A DNA stretch of 64,000 nucleotides from Candidatus Altimarinota bacterium (GCA_018608565.1 JABAZT010000028.1:1014-65013), one strand, 5' to 3'; counted from the stretch's first letter, positions 21,001 to 33,150 are shown. Numbers and translations are program-made. The notes: generated from the sequence alone by a model not told the origin.

Positions 21001-21541
21001 CAATTGTATTATAAATTTTTTCTGTGGTTTTCCCACTTTTGAGTTGCGCCATAAGATAATCATCTATTTTCCCAAATTTTGGATGTTTTTCACTAATCCA
21101 TTTTGTATAATCATCCCCAAAATCAGCCTTAAGCTTATCAGCTAGTGTGAGTAACTCTGTTTTTTGCCTCTCTGAAAGTTCTGGAGCTTCTGGTGCTATT
21201 GTTTCTGCTGGCATGAGCTTATCAGCCCAATATTCTGCTTCTTCTCTGGTAAATTGGGCGGAAAGCATATATTTTTTGAGTAATTTCTTGTCTACATCCC
21301 CTTCAGCTACTAGTGACTGAATACTTTTTTCTATGGAATCCGTCATTCCTCGAACTGCATCTGGACTTGAATATATTTGAAGCTCATCAACACTTAACCT
21401 ATTTGTTTCGCCTGCCAACACTTCGTCAGAAAGAGAATCCAAATATTTTGATATTTCACCTCCAACTTCACGATCAAGAGTCTCTCGGTCGGAAATCAAA
21501 GCTGTTACTTCATCCTGATGATTTTCTGGAATTTCACTCAT
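18017..21541 (-). CDS. Large acidic hypothetical protein with Pro/Thr linker and C-terminal tandem domain duplication
   Basis: 1174-aa ORF, no signal peptide, no recognised family. Confidence 0.85.
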   Translation of the reverse strand: MSEIPENHQDEVTALISDRETLDREVGGEISKYLDSLSDEVLAGETNRLSVDELQIYSSPDAVRGMTDSIEKSIQSLVAEGDVDKKLLKKYMLSAQFTREEAEYWADKLMPAETIAPEAPELSERQKTELLTLADKLKADFGDDYTKWISEKHPKFGKIDDYLMAQLKSGKTTEKIYNTIASELGLDTTTVDGDPAVVENEGEESYGLNQKQSERLSQFEESYKNESDEIKKMDWIRLIAQDDSDIPTTDIVDSLGGIKYKGNLLGPSEALYSKIGGKDIIKDWVEALKVDSTITNGEQVISKLSEVFNQKLAVVAREYGEVIPAPGAQEPERRAFTERLNTAVDRDIADMKRELGRLLTMYKATPTTENIGAIKETVQGNIESGLLDPEDVVRIFNIADIPVNTQADILGGHMPAPQVPESKEQESGGSIDLGQVSGFSFTRSEIYESTDLIELAAGRLGTALVTEYEAWLDENRAKDQKTKNEAKQNKTKTGPNVIVLDDFLGGIMGGEAALPFPPQLSALLNASQVKVLQNLDTSDLKTKASDMIENAALEYFDKNSENLETQMMGNTRLEVKDEYKSYTKKQLNDEIESHGGMDSPSSEVAALKQALLYRRAMEDGIPKWAYSFRGGEYAEDFSQYLIDTKAAVPTYSDDPALDPASPGFDPNRVDVTEIWDDWFDGVKRKEELQKGDGAEFERAIHALLEFLEGLGISLGDEAGTDKSAKDLFLEGNGLSESEEQKKVREDSAAEKKEKNDRIVRAKEIAEKGDWAGFVLNEVDYEKTVVPVPGTGPVQAPTPVPGTTPGVTPPPAFTEPAPVSPEAAETAQKALQTKRQTFLTSNFGTIEAMNEFQSQILGQEKVRTNIDPTTSLETITTLLKETNKISSQEKDGKTVMIFTVGEGATAKSYEIEGKITDQTVEALKDEMKLDVEAQKREVEEALLLEISGNLSEFSDKFEGDLNSKVIKENGLSNDDGTLNPVFEKLLKIEDSFWKGGGLSEPDIKGLGHMISTKKITDVVVEKTDDTKEFVGVNLMKGAISNPVTTLEALKTKMSNVSRFLAEEELKFNNKVEASITKLDTDGWIRKDEIGVDTLKDAKLLTAEGDLVKGFKDLTSVSNKSSFVFNQPSLNKLGEAIIAEKFTIVRWEDKKIVATIKGKTEQQSLTPEDFMKNINT

Positions 21542-21705
21542 GATATTTTTTTATGCTTACTAAGTAAGGTTTGTAGTCGTGCAAACTTCATCAATAAAGA
21601 TTTTTGTGAATCTCTTTTTTGTTTTTGAGCTTCTTTGAGACGAACCTGCAAACGTGCAAATTTCATCAAATCGTCTTTTTGTTTTTGAATTTTAGCTTCA
21701 GACAT
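21538..21705 (-). CDS. 55-aa basic protein with duplicated QKQK...LMKFARLQ motif (below ORF-track cutoff)
   Basis: MSEAKIQKQKDDLMKFARLQVRLKEAQKQKRDSQKSLLMKFARLQTLLSKHKKIS*; ATGA overlap with the 1174-aa gene; consensus-like promoter 6 nt upstream. Confidence 0.75.
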   Translation of the reverse strand: MSEAKIQKQKDDLMKFARLQVRLKEAQKQKRDSQKSLLMKFARLQTLLSKHKKIS

Positions 21706-21711
21706 CACGTG

Positions 21712-23875
<2,164 letters not shown>

Positions 23876-23937
23876 AAAAATTTCTTGCCCTCTACGTCCC
23901 TTTTACTACCATCTGTTGGCTATAATATTTACAGTTT

Positions 23938-26070
23938 ATGAAAAATAGTGTTTTACGATCGTTTGCATTCGTAGTGCTTATCGCACTTATCGCAGGTCTC
24001 TATAGTCTCCCGAGCGGAACGCTTGGAGATAATTGGCTTGGAAATAAATTGGATGAAGCCAAGGTTTCTCTTGGACTTGATCTCGTAGGAGGAACAGAGT
24101 TGGACTACAAGGTCGACCTCACGGAAGCAAGAGCTCTCAACAGTGATGATGATCCACAAAATGATGTAAGTCTTGACTGGATTGCTGAATCAGTACGAGA
24201 TAGCTTGGAAGAACGAGTTAATCCGGCTGGAGTTGGTGAAATTGTCGTAAAGCGATCAAGAGTCGATAGCGAAGAGCATATTCTTATACAGATGCCCCCT
24301 TCTTCTAATGTTGCTGCTGCAAAAAGAGACGCTGAACGAGATAATCGGCTTGAGTTCTTCGAACAAGATCCATCTAAAGAGGTTGAGGCACGAAATATGA
24401 TCGCGAGTTATCTTGATACTATAGATAGTAACAACTTTGAATCTGAAGGAGCTCGTCTTGCTGATGAAGATGATCTGGTAAGCTATGAAAAGGTATCTGC
24501 AAAATTTAGAGATGAATACACTGATGGACCACTCGCAGAAAAACTTTTTGTGGCAAACCAAGGAGATGTACTGCCTGAAGTAGTAGAAACGACAATCGTT
24601 CCATCAATTTCTTTTGATGACGATGGAAACCAAACTATTGAGGGAAGATTTGCTCAAGTACTCGCGCTCGTAAAAATAACGGAGAAATCTGCACAAACAC
24701 GAGATAAAACAACACAAGCTGAAGCTCAAGCACGACACATACTTCTTGCATATCAAGGAGCTACTCGGGCAGGAGAAGATGTTCCATATGTTGATGCTGC
24801 AGCTGCAAAAACAAAAGCAGAAGAACTACTACAACAACTTAAAGATGGTGGTGACTTCGCGGCTCTCGCTACAGAATTTTCAACCGGTCCAAGCGCTACA
24901 TCTGGTGGCGATCTAGGAACCTTCAATCCAGGAAGTATGATTGGCGCCTTTAATGATGAAGTATTTGGAACTGACACTGAAGATTACACGACACTAGAGC
25001 CTATAACCGAAAACTATCTAGTACCAAGTGTTGTTGAAACAGACTTCGGATTTCACATCATTGAAATTCTTGGACGAACGCCAGAAAAAACTGAATCAAT
25101 TGAAGAACCACTTGTTGGTTACGAAATGATTACTTGGGATCGAGATGAATTTGGATGGATAGAAACAGAGCTTAATGGTTCACATCTTGAAGCCGCAGCT
25201 CCAAGCTATGATCAACAGGTCGGAACTCCAGTTGTTGCATTGCGATTTACGGCCGAAGGAGGAGATCTTTTTGCTGAAATGACAGAACGAATTGCCGCTC
25301 GAAGATGTGATGGTGGGCCTTGTTCTCTTGGAGCCAAAGTAGGAGGAGAGTGGGTTTCTAGAGCAACTGTTCGACAAAAAATTGTAGGACGAGATTCAAT
25401 TATTTCTGGAAGCTTTACCTTTGAACAAGTAAAAGAACTCGCTAGTGGTCTTAATCTAGGAGCTATTGCCGCACCAGTTCAACTGAGCGGACAAACGACC
25501 ATCCAAGCACAACTAGGAGAGACTCAGCTCAAACAAAGTCTTCGAGCTGCTGGATTTGGTCTTGGAGCTACAATACTCTTCATGCTATTCATGTACCGAT
25601 TAGCGGGAGTTGTTGCTGGAGTTGCACTACTGATCTATGCAGGAATTTTCTTTATGATTCTCAAAACGTGGCCTACTAGTTTTGGTGGTCCAATTGTTCT
25701 TTCTCTCTCAGGAGTTGCAGGAATGGCACTTTCTATCGGTCTAGCGGTTGATGGAAACATCCTTATCTTCGAACGAATGAAGGAAGAAGTAAAACGTGGA
25801 CAACCACTCACAAAAGCAATTGAACTCGGATTTAGCCGAGCATGGAATGCGATCCGTGACTCAAACATTACGACGCTTATTACTTGTATGATTCTCTTTG
25901 TTATGGGAAGCTCTGTTATTCAGGGATTCGCTATCATGCTTATTGTTGGAACACTCCTCTCTATGTTAAGTGCTATTTTCATCTCTCGTGCATTACTACG
26001 ATTCCTTGTAAGTTTTCCATCACTACAAAAACCAAGTCTCTTTGCTTGTTCTAAATCTAAGAAGAAATAA
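23938..26070 (+). CDS. secD: Protein translocase subunit SecD with inserted parvulin-type PPIase domain
   Basis: LGLDLVGG, LNLGAIAAP, IGLAVDGNILIFERMKEE, AIRDSNITT; insert ARHILL..GGDFAALA..S..PSATSGGDLG..VETDFGFHII. Confidence 0.95.
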   Translation: MKNSVLRSFAFVVLIALIAGLYSLPSGTLGDNWLGNKLDEAKVSLGLDLVGGTELDYKVDLTEARALNSDDDPQNDVSLDWIAESVRDSLEERVNPAGVGEIVVKRSRVDSEEHILIQMPPSSNVAAAKRDAERDNRLEFFEQDPSKEVEARNMIASYLDTIDSNNFESEGARLADEDDLVSYEKVSAKFRDEYTDGPLAEKLFVANQGDVLPEVVETTIVPSISFDDDGNQTIEGRFAQVLALVKITEKSAQTRDKTTQAEAQARHILLAYQGATRAGEDVPYVDAAAAKTKAEELLQQLKDGGDFAALATEFSTGPSATSGGDLGTFNPGSMIGAFNDEVFGTDTEDYTTLEPITENYLVPSVVETDFGFHIIEILGRTPEKTESIEEPLVGYEMITWDRDEFGWIETELNGSHLEAAAPSYDQQVGTPVVALRFTAEGGDLFAEMTERIAARRCDGGPCSLGAKVGGEWVSRATVRQKIVGRDSIISGSFTFEQVKELASGLNLGAIAAPVQLSGQTTIQAQLGETQLKQSLRAAGFGLGATILFMLFMYRLAGVVAGVALLIYAGIFFMILKTWPTSFGGPIVLSLSGVAGMALSIGLAVDGNILIFERMKEEVKRGQPLTKAIELGFSRAWNAIRDSNITTLITCMILFVMGSSVIQGFAIMLIVGTLLSMLSAIFISRALLRFLVSFPSLQKPSLFACSKSKKK

Positions 26071-26102
26071 TTAGTCATCTATAACTACAAAACTTATCAA
26101 TC

Positions 26103-27029
26103 ATGAATATCACAAAATCTCGACGAATCTGGTTTGGTCTCTCAGGAGGACTTGTAATCCTAAGTCTTGCACTTGTCTTTATCTTCAACCTAAATCTTGG
26201 GCTTGATTTTACAGGAGGGGCTCGATGGGATATTCAATTTACTCAGACAGCTGAAGAAAATGAATCTGTAACTGTGAGTAATCAAGAATTAAAATCATTT
26301 TTTGACTCAAGAGCTGAACTTGATCAAGGAGTTCAAATCCAACAATCGGATGATGGGACGTACCTTGTTACGATTCAAGATCTAGAGGACAAACAAATAC
26401 AAGCTATTTCTGAAGCTCTTACTGAAGAAGTTGGTTCTTTTGAACAAACTTCCTACCGAAAAGTTGATGCTACGATTGGAGCTAGCTTTAAACGGAAAGC
26501 CTTTCAGGCCATTATTTTTGCACTGGTTGGAATCATTCTCTTTGTTGCTTATGCCTTTAGAAAAATTCCTGCAGCAATCAACCCTTGGCGATTTGGGGCG
26601 GTAGCTATTATTGCGCTCTTTCATGATATTATCATCGTACTGGGAATCTTTGTTGTACTTGGAGCTCTAACTGGGGCTGAGCTTGATCTTCCATTTGTAA
26701 CCGCACTACTAGCGACGTTAGGGTTCTCGGTAAATGATACCATTGTTATCCTTGATAGAGTGCGAGAGAACATTCGAGCGCAAAAAGCACACGAAACATT
26801 TGAAGACACTATTGAGAAATCCGTTCAACAAACACTTCACCGATCTATCAATACTTCTATATCTACGCTACTTCCACTTCTTGGACTGCTGTTCTTTGGA
26901 GCTAACTCTGTATTTTACTTTGTATTAGCACTTACCATCGGAATTGTTATTGGAACGTATAGTTCTATCTTCCTTGCCGCTCCATTATTGGCTGAATGGA
27001 AAAATATTGCCGATAAACGAGAAGCATAA
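26103..27029 (+). CDS. secF: Protein translocase subunit SecF
   Basis: LGLDFTGG, ALFHD, GFSVNDTIVILDRVREN, RSINTS, GTYSSIFLA. Confidence 0.97.
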   Translation: MNITKSRRIWFGLSGGLVILSLALVFIFNLNLGLDFTGGARWDIQFTQTAEENESVTVSNQELKSFFDSRAELDQGVQIQQSDDGTYLVTIQDLEDKQIQAISEALTEEVGSFEQTSYRKVDATIGASFKRKAFQAIIFALVGIILFVAYAFRKIPAAINPWRFGAVAIIALFHDIIIVLGIFVVLGALTGAELDLPFVTALLATLGFSVNDTIVILDRVRENIRAQKAHETFEDTIEKSVQQTLHRSINTSISTLLPLLGLLFFGANSVFYFVLALTIGIVIGTYSSIFLAAPLLAEWKNIADKREA

Positions 27030-27055
27030 ATCTAAGCTCTTAACGCTCCCCTCCT

Positions 27056-27763
27056 ATGAAATGGATCCTCACGTACTGGAAAAATCCTCGAGAGACTATG
27101 CGTAGTTTTTCTGAAAAATATGCGAATAAAAAACGAGCTATTCTTACGATCTATAGTATTGCCCTGGGAATTAGTTCTATTTCAAGCGTTGTAGATGCCT
27201 ACACTAACCCAGATCTTTATCTTGGGTCTCTAGGACTTCCAGTTCCCCTTCTCTTGCTTGGACTTTTCGTAGTTATTTTTGGACTAGGATTATTGGCTTG
27301 GTGGATTTGGAGTTATATTGTTACGTTTATAGCCAACAAGATCTTCAAACTTTCGACTACTTCATACGCGGTAAGACAATCTGAAACCCTTAGTGTTGCA
27401 GCTCCACTTCCTTTGTTTATTGGACTAGGACTTATTATGATGGGCTTCTTGTTTTTTGTCCCTTTGGTTGGAATGCTTATGATTCCAGTCTTTATTGTGA
27501 TTGGTATATGGAGTACTATTTGTAAATATAAATGTCTTGGAGAAATGATGGGCTGTGGCGCGTGGAAAGCTTTTTTTGTTAGTGCATTACCAATCATACT
27601 CATTATGATCCTTACAACGGTTGCGCTGGCTTTTTTCAATATGGGTACTTATAGTAACTATCTAGATAAAGCTTATGAAGCAGAACAAGCCGCTCTCTCA
27701 AATAATATAGAAATAGATACTTCCAATCTCAATATTGATACGGATGTCAAAATCGTTGAATAA
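27056..27763 (+). CDS. Yip1-family membrane protein
   Basis: WKNPRETM N-terminus and 5 TM helices. Confidence 0.7.
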   Translation: MKWILTYWKNPRETMRSFSEKYANKKRAILTIYSIALGISSISSVVDAYTNPDLYLGSLGLPVPLLLLGLFVVIFGLGLLAWWIWSYIVTFIANKIFKLSTTSYAVRQSETLSVAAPLPLFIGLGLIMMGFLFFVPLVGMLMIPVFIVIGIWSTICKYKCLGEMMGCGAWKAFFVSALPIILIMILTTVALAFFNMGTYSNYLDKAYEAEQAALSNNIEIDTSNLNIDTDVKIVE

Positions 27764-27977
27764 GCTCTCTTCCCCCTTGTTAGTATTGACCGCATGCGCA
27801 ACACTGAATAGCTGTTCGTCTTTACGCGAATTAGCCCCAAAACCCACACAGAAAATACCTGATCCTATCTTACCATCAAGTCATATGGAAGTTTTACATC
27901 CAAAAGAGGGTGATCTTTTATCTATAACTGTTGTTAAATTTACTGATTCGATCAAACCTCTTATTTCTTCTGATTAA
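27744..27977 (+). CDS. Small putative lipoprotein
   Basis: Hydrophobic signal ending in LNSC lipobox; fills gap in a same-strand run. Confidence 0.45.
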   Translation: MSKSLNKLSSPLLVLTACATLNSCSSLRELAPKPTQKIPDPILPSSHMEVLHPKEGDLLSITVVKFTDSIKPLISSD

Positions 27978-27979
27978 AT

Positions 27980-28651
27980 ATGAAACGATTATCGACGCTT
28001 ATACTGCTTTATGCGTTAATAAGCTTTCTAGTACTTTATTTCCTACAAAATGATCCTGATATTTTTATTCTTTGGGTTATCGGAGCAAAATGGCTTCTTT
28101 TTGTTATTATTCCGGCCCTCTACCTCTCAAGACAAAAAAAACTTTCTTTTTTAGATAGAAAAAAACTAGACAAGACCTCACTCAAACGAGCTTTATCAAT
28201 CTGTGTGATATTATTTGCAGTTGTTTGGGGTGGATATCTTATACTACAGCAGTTTATCGACCTACAGTCTATTGCGGATGATCTACAAAAAGATATCGGA
28301 ATGACCCCGGAACGATTTGTCCCTATGAGTTTTTATATCACCTTTGGTAATTCTTTTGTGGAAGAGTTTTTCTTTAGAGGTGTTTTGTATCTATTCCTTG
28401 GATCTTTGATAGCGCCTCGAATTGCATTTTGGATCTCGGCGTTATTCTTCGCAGGATATCATGTCGTAATTTTTGATGGATGGTTTACTCCCCTCGTTCT
28501 CACTGTTTCACTTGTAGGGCTCACACTTGGCGGAGTCTTCTTCAATCTTCTTAACCGAAAATCACAGACTATTTACCCTGGATGGATTGCTCATGCTGGA
28601 GCGGATATAGCCATAATGATCGTGGGATATAAGATGTTTGGATTTTTCTAG
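27980..28651 (+). CDS. CPBP/CAAX intramembrane metalloprotease (Abi family)
   Basis: EEFFFRG, FAGYH, WIAHAGAD. Confidence 0.9.
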   Translation: MKRLSTLILLYALISFLVLYFLQNDPDIFILWVIGAKWLLFVIIPALYLSRQKKLSFLDRKKLDKTSLKRALSICVILFAVVWGGYLILQQFIDLQSIADDLQKDIGMTPERFVPMSFYITFGNSFVEEFFFRGVLYLFLGSLIAPRIAFWISALFFAGYHVVIFDGWFTPLVLTVSLVGLTLGGVFFNLLNRKSQTIYPGWIAHAGADIAIMIVGYKMFGFF

Positions 28652-28689
28652 TAATTTTTCATAGAATATTAAAAATATAAATACTCAAT

Positions 28690-29334
28690 ATGAAAAACAA
28701 GCTATTGCTCCTCTTCGGTCTATGGACAAACCCCAAAAGCACTACTAAAAAAATTATCCGAAAAAAAGTGTCTGAATGGAAACTCATTTTGGTGATTTTT
28801 TTATTCTTCATATTGATGATGCTTCCTCAAGTACTCCTAAACACTAAATCTAATACACTTAATGATCCAATACTCTGGATTTCAATCCTCGTCTCGTTCT
28901 TGCTCTCTATTGGGATGTTTTACCTTGAAATATGGATCATTGACCTACTAAGTCACTATCTATGTAAGGCTAAGCCAAATTATAAAAAAGCTCGTATCGC
29001 CGCAACACTTACTCTCTTCCCAATTACAATTGCCATGGCTTTAGGGCTTGTGTTGTTATTTATTCCATTCTTTTGGGGAATATTTCTATTTTTGATTTTA
29101 ATGATATTGAGCTCTGTGGTAGTTTTTGGAATCTTATCGATTGGATTTGGCTTAAAATCTAGCTGGCAGGCTTTTGGAATGGTAATGATAGTAAAGATTA
29201 TTTTTGCTCTTATGACTCTAACGGTGATCTATTTTATCTATCAAGATGATATCAACTACTATCTTGATCAGATCAATTTCTACAATCCCTATAACACCGA
29301 AGATGCACACTTTGTTCCAGATGAGTTGAAGTAG
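28690..29334 (+). CDS. Yip1-family membrane protein
   Basis: LWTNPKSTTKKI N-terminus and 5 TM helices; probable paralog of 27056 gene. Confidence 0.65.
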   Translation: MKNKLLLLFGLWTNPKSTTKKIIRKKVSEWKLILVIFLFFILMMLPQVLLNTKSNTLNDPILWISILVSFLLSIGMFYLEIWIIDLLSHYLCKAKPNYKKARIAATLTLFPITIAMALGLVLLFIPFFWGIFLFLILMILSSVVVFGILSIGFGLKSSWQAFGMVMIVKIIFALMTLTVIYFIYQDDINYYLDQINFYNPYNTEDAHFVPDELK

Positions 29335-29402
29335 TATTTAAAGATTTTATTTTCTCGATAATCTTCTTACAATCGACTCACCTATAAACGATTGACTCTT
29401 TC

Positions 29403-32354
29403 ATGATAGACTCCTTTCGAATCACCCTCCGAGATACTGTAAAAGATGCAAGAGGTAATACTTTTGGAGCTAAGGCTCAAAAAAAAGGATACAAGGTCAC
29501 AGAAATACGCACTGCAGAGTGTTATCTTGTGAATAAAAATATTGATCAAGAAGTGCAAAATTCTGTTTCTAAAATGCTGGAAAACCCAGTATTTGAATCT
29601 TCTGTATTAGATAGCTCAAATGCACCAGCAGACTTTGACTACGCCGTAGAAATTGGATTTTTGCCTGGAGTGACTGATAATCTCGGGGCAACGGTTCGGG
29701 AAGCTATCGAAGATCTGACGAAACAAGATTTTGACTATCCAAGTGAAAATGTGTTTTCTTCTACACTTCTTTATATTTCTGGAGATATTAGTGAGGAGGA
29801 AGCCAAAGAGGTTGGATTGCTGTTTGCTAATGACTTGATCCAACGAATTTCAGTCAAAACCAAGGATCAATTTATCGCTGATGAAGGCATGGATATTATT
29901 ATCCCTGAAGTAAAACTCGATCAGGCTCCGAGTGTTGATCAAGTGGATCTGGAGGTATCATATGATGAACTTAAAGTTCTCGGAAAGAAAGGAATCAAAA
30001 ATACAAATGGAACATACAGAGGACCACTTGCATTGAGCGTTATACAACTGCATGAAATACGAGAACATTTTAGAAATCTTGGAAGAAATCCTTTTGATAT
30101 CGAGCTTGAGTCTATTGCTCAGACTTGGTCAGAACATTGTAAACATACGATATTTGCAAATGCTATAGATGAAATTAGTGACGGTCTCTATAAGGGATTG
30201 ATCAAGAAAGCGACGAATGATATTCGAGCGAATAAAGGTGATGATGATTTTTGTGTTTCTGTGTTCAAGGACAACAGTGGAGGAATTATTTTTGATGAAA
30301 ATTATGTGGTGACGGATAAAGCTGAAACGCATAATAGTCCTTCGGCATTGGATCCTTTTGGTGGAGCGATTACCGGAATCGTTGGGGTAAATCGAGATTG
30401 TCTCGGATATGGTCTAGGAGCAAAACCAAGCCTCAATCGATATGGTTTCTGTTGTGGTGATCCAAGAGAAGAACTAGACCTCTATCGTCAAAAAAATAAA
30501 GAAAATCCAATTATCCAACCTCGAGGAATTCTCGACGGCGTCGTAGGTGGTATAAATAGTGGAGGAAACGAATCTGGAATCCCCTGCCCTCAGGGGTTTG
30601 TATATTTTGATAAAAGATTTAGTGGGAAACCACTTGTTTTCGCAGGAACGGTTGGAATTATCCCTAAAGAAATTCAAGGACACGATAGCTCTGAGAAAAA
30701 AGCTAATCCTGGAGATCTTGCGATTGTCGCAGGAGGACGTGTTGGTTTGGACGGAGTGCATGGGGCGACTTTTAGTAGTGAAGCCCTCGACAGTGGGAGT
30801 CCTGCTACGGCAGTACAAATCGGAGACCCAATCACACAGAAAAAAATGTCGGATGCCATAATCAGAGAAGCACGAGAACTCTATAGCGCGGTAACGGATA
30901 ATGGAGCAGGGGGAATTTCTTGTTCTATTCCTGAGATGGCAGAGAGCTCAGGATGTGGGTGTAGAGTTGATCTAGAAAAAGTCCCTCTCAAATATCCAAA
31001 CCTTTCTCCTTGGGAAATCTGGATCAGTGAATCTCAGGAACGGATGACGTTTTCAGTTCCACCAGAAAACGTAGACACTATGATCAAATTATTTGAACAA
31101 CGAGGTGTGGAAGCTGTTGTCGTTGGAGAGTTTACTGATGATGGCCAATGTCGAGTCGATTTCAATGGTGAGACAATCATGGATATTGATATTGAGTTTA
31201 TGCAGGATGGATGGCCACGACAACATCTGAAAACGGCTGAAGTCGAAGCTAAAGAATTAGATGTTGGAAGTGAAAAAGAATTGTTCTCTGAACCGAAAAA
31301 TTATACCGCGACGCTAAATGAATTGCTCTCTCGACCGAATATCTGTTCGTATGAATTCATCTCAAAACAGTATGATCACAATGTGCAGTCTAACTCTGTC
31401 ACCAAGCCCCTCCAAGGACCTGGTCGAGTTAATACCTCTGCGGTGGTGAGTAAGCCAGTACTCGAATCAAATAAAGGAGTTGTGACCTCTCAAGGAATCA
31501 ATCCACGATATAGTGATATTGATTGTTATCATATGGCCGCCGCTAGTATCGATGATGCCGTTGCGGCCGCGGTAGCAACAGGAGCCAATGTCGATTATCT
31601 AGCGATCATGGATAACTTTTGCTGGTGTTCATCTGATGATCCCGCACGACTGGGGCAACTCAAGAAAGCCGTACAGGCCTGTTATGATGTCGCGGTAAAA
31701 TACGGAACGCCGTATATCTCTGGGAAGGATTCGATGTATAATGACTTCAAGGGATTTGATAGTAAAAATAACCCAGTCCATGTAGCTATTCCGCCAACAC
31801 TTCTCGTTTCTGGACTTGGAGTTATTCCTGATGTGAGTAAAGCCGTTACTCTGGATTTTAAAATCCCTGGAGATCTGATCTATATCATAGGAGAAACAAA
31901 AGAAGAACTGGGAGGATCTGAATATTTTGATCATCAAGGACATATTGGGATTTCGGTTCCACAGGTTGATACTGATATCGCGCTTGATCGATATAGAAAG
32001 ATGTATCAGGCTAACCAAGATCGACTCCTGGCTTCCAGTATACATGTAGATCGTGGAGGAATTGCTGTCTCTCTTGCGAAAGCTGCGATTGCTGGTCAGG
32101 CTGGTATAGATGTAAATATTGAAGCAGACGACAGAACTGATTTTCATCTTTTCTCGGAATCAAAGTCTCGATTTATTGTTTCGATCAATCCTGATAATAA
32201 AGAGAAATTTGAAGCCCTTTTTCCTGAATCTATCAATATTGGATCAGTCTCAGACTCAGACAACCTAAGTATTCAATCGAACAATGAACAAATAATTAGT
32301 TCACAAATAAAAGATCTCACAGATAGCTATAAAGTAACGTTTAAAGATTATTAA
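29403..32354 (+). CDS. purL: Phosphoribosylformylglycinamidine synthase PurL with PurS-like N-terminal extension
   Basis: FLPGVTDNLG, QTWSEHCKH, KAETHNSPSALDPFGGAITG, VQIGDP, DNGAGG, SESQERM, ISGKDS. Confidence 0.96.
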   Translation: MIDSFRITLRDTVKDARGNTFGAKAQKKGYKVTEIRTAECYLVNKNIDQEVQNSVSKMLENPVFESSVLDSSNAPADFDYAVEIGFLPGVTDNLGATVREAIEDLTKQDFDYPSENVFSSTLLYISGDISEEEAKEVGLLFANDLIQRISVKTKDQFIADEGMDIIIPEVKLDQAPSVDQVDLEVSYDELKVLGKKGIKNTNGTYRGPLALSVIQLHEIREHFRNLGRNPFDIELESIAQTWSEHCKHTIFANAIDEISDGLYKGLIKKATNDIRANKGDDDFCVSVFKDNSGGIIFDENYVVTDKAETHNSPSALDPFGGAITGIVGVNRDCLGYGLGAKPSLNRYGFCCGDPREELDLYRQKNKENPIIQPRGILDGVVGGINSGGNESGIPCPQGFVYFDKRFSGKPLVFAGTVGIIPKEIQGHDSSEKKANPGDLAIVAGGRVGLDGVHGATFSSEALDSGSPATAVQIGDPITQKKMSDAIIREARELYSAVTDNGAGGISCSIPEMAESSGCGCRVDLEKVPLKYPNLSPWEIWISESQERMTFSVPPENVDTMIKLFEQRGVEAVVVGEFTDDGQCRVDFNGETIMDIDIEFMQDGWPRQHLKTAEVEAKELDVGSEKELFSEPKNYTATLNELLSRPNICSYEFISKQYDHNVQSNSVTKPLQGPGRVNTSAVVSKPVLESNKGVVTSQGINPRYSDIDCYHMAAASIDDAVAAAVATGANVDYLAIMDNFCWCSSDDPARLGQLKKAVQACYDVAVKYGTPYISGKDSMYNDFKGFDSKNNPVHVAIPPTLLVSGLGVIPDVSKAVTLDFKIPGDLIYIIGETKEELGGSEYFDHQGHIGISVPQVDTDIALDRYRKMYQANQDRLLASSIHVDRGGIAVSLAKAAIAGQAGIDVNIEADDRTDFHLFSESKSRFIVSINPDNKEKFEALFPESINIGSVSDSDNLSIQSNNEQIISSQIKDLTDSYKVTFKDY

Positions 32355-32355
32355 T

Positions 32356-33150
32356 ATGACGCCCAAAACCCTCATCCTCTCCGGTTACGGATTCAACACC
32401 GAAAATGAAACTAAGTTTTGTTTCGATCATGTAGGTGTTGACTCTGATATTGTTCATATCAATGATCTCATCTCTGGAGAAAAGAAACTTGATGACTATC
32501 AGATGCTCTTTATCTCTGGAGGATTTAGCTATGGAGATCATACCGGAGCCGGAAAAGGAATGGCCAATAAAGTCCTCAATAATTTGAGAGATGACGTTAT
32601 GAGCTTTGTATCACGAGATACTCTCACCCTCGGTGTTTGTAATGGATTTCAGGTTCTTACCGCCCTCGGACTCGCGCCGGCCCTAGGAGAAGCCTATGGA
32701 GAACGACAATGCGCATTACTCAAGAATGATTCAAACCGATACCAATGTCACTGGACAAACCTCAAGATACAATCTGAAAAATGTGTTTTCACTAAAGGAA
32801 TGGACACCCTCTATTGTCCTATTGCTCATGGAGAAGGAAATTTTTATGCAGAGGATGATATTCTGGATCAGATTGAAGCGAATGACCAAGTGGCGTTTAG
32901 CTATACAGAAAATCTAAATGATCCCCTCCTCCCAACAAACCCAAATGGAGCCTCACGTGATATCGCAGGTATTTGTGATGGATCTGGTCGTGTTATGGGA
33001 ATGATGCCTCATCCTGAACGAGCCATCTGGTTTCATCAGCGGCCTGATTTTGGGAAACTGAAAGAAGAATACCTCCGAGCTGGCAAAGAACTCCCTGAAT
33101 TTGGAGATGGAATTAAATTATTTGAGAATATGGCAAGGTATTTTAACTAA
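32356..33150 (+). CDS. purQ: FGAM synthase glutaminase subunit PurQ
   Basis: GGFSYGD, LGVCNGFQ, IAHGEG, NPNGA, GMMPHPER. Confidence 0.96.
   Translation: MTPKTLILSGYGFNTENETKFCFDHVGVDSDIVHINDLISGEKKLDDYQMLFISGGFSYGDHTGAGKGMANKVLNNLRDDVMSFVSRDTLTLGVCNGFQVLTALGLAPALGEAYGERQCALLKNDSNRYQCHWTNLKIQSEKCVFTKGMDTLYCPIAHGEGNFYAEDDILDQIEANDQVAFSYTENLNDPLLPTNPNGASRDIAGICDGSGRVMGMMPHPERAIWFHQRPDFGKLKEEYLRAGKELPEFGDGIKLFENMARYFN

Noticed and set aside
15911-21541. Prophage tape-measure or structural module
   Set aside because: No terminase, capsid, tail or integrase genes nearby; flanked by ferredoxin and ligA
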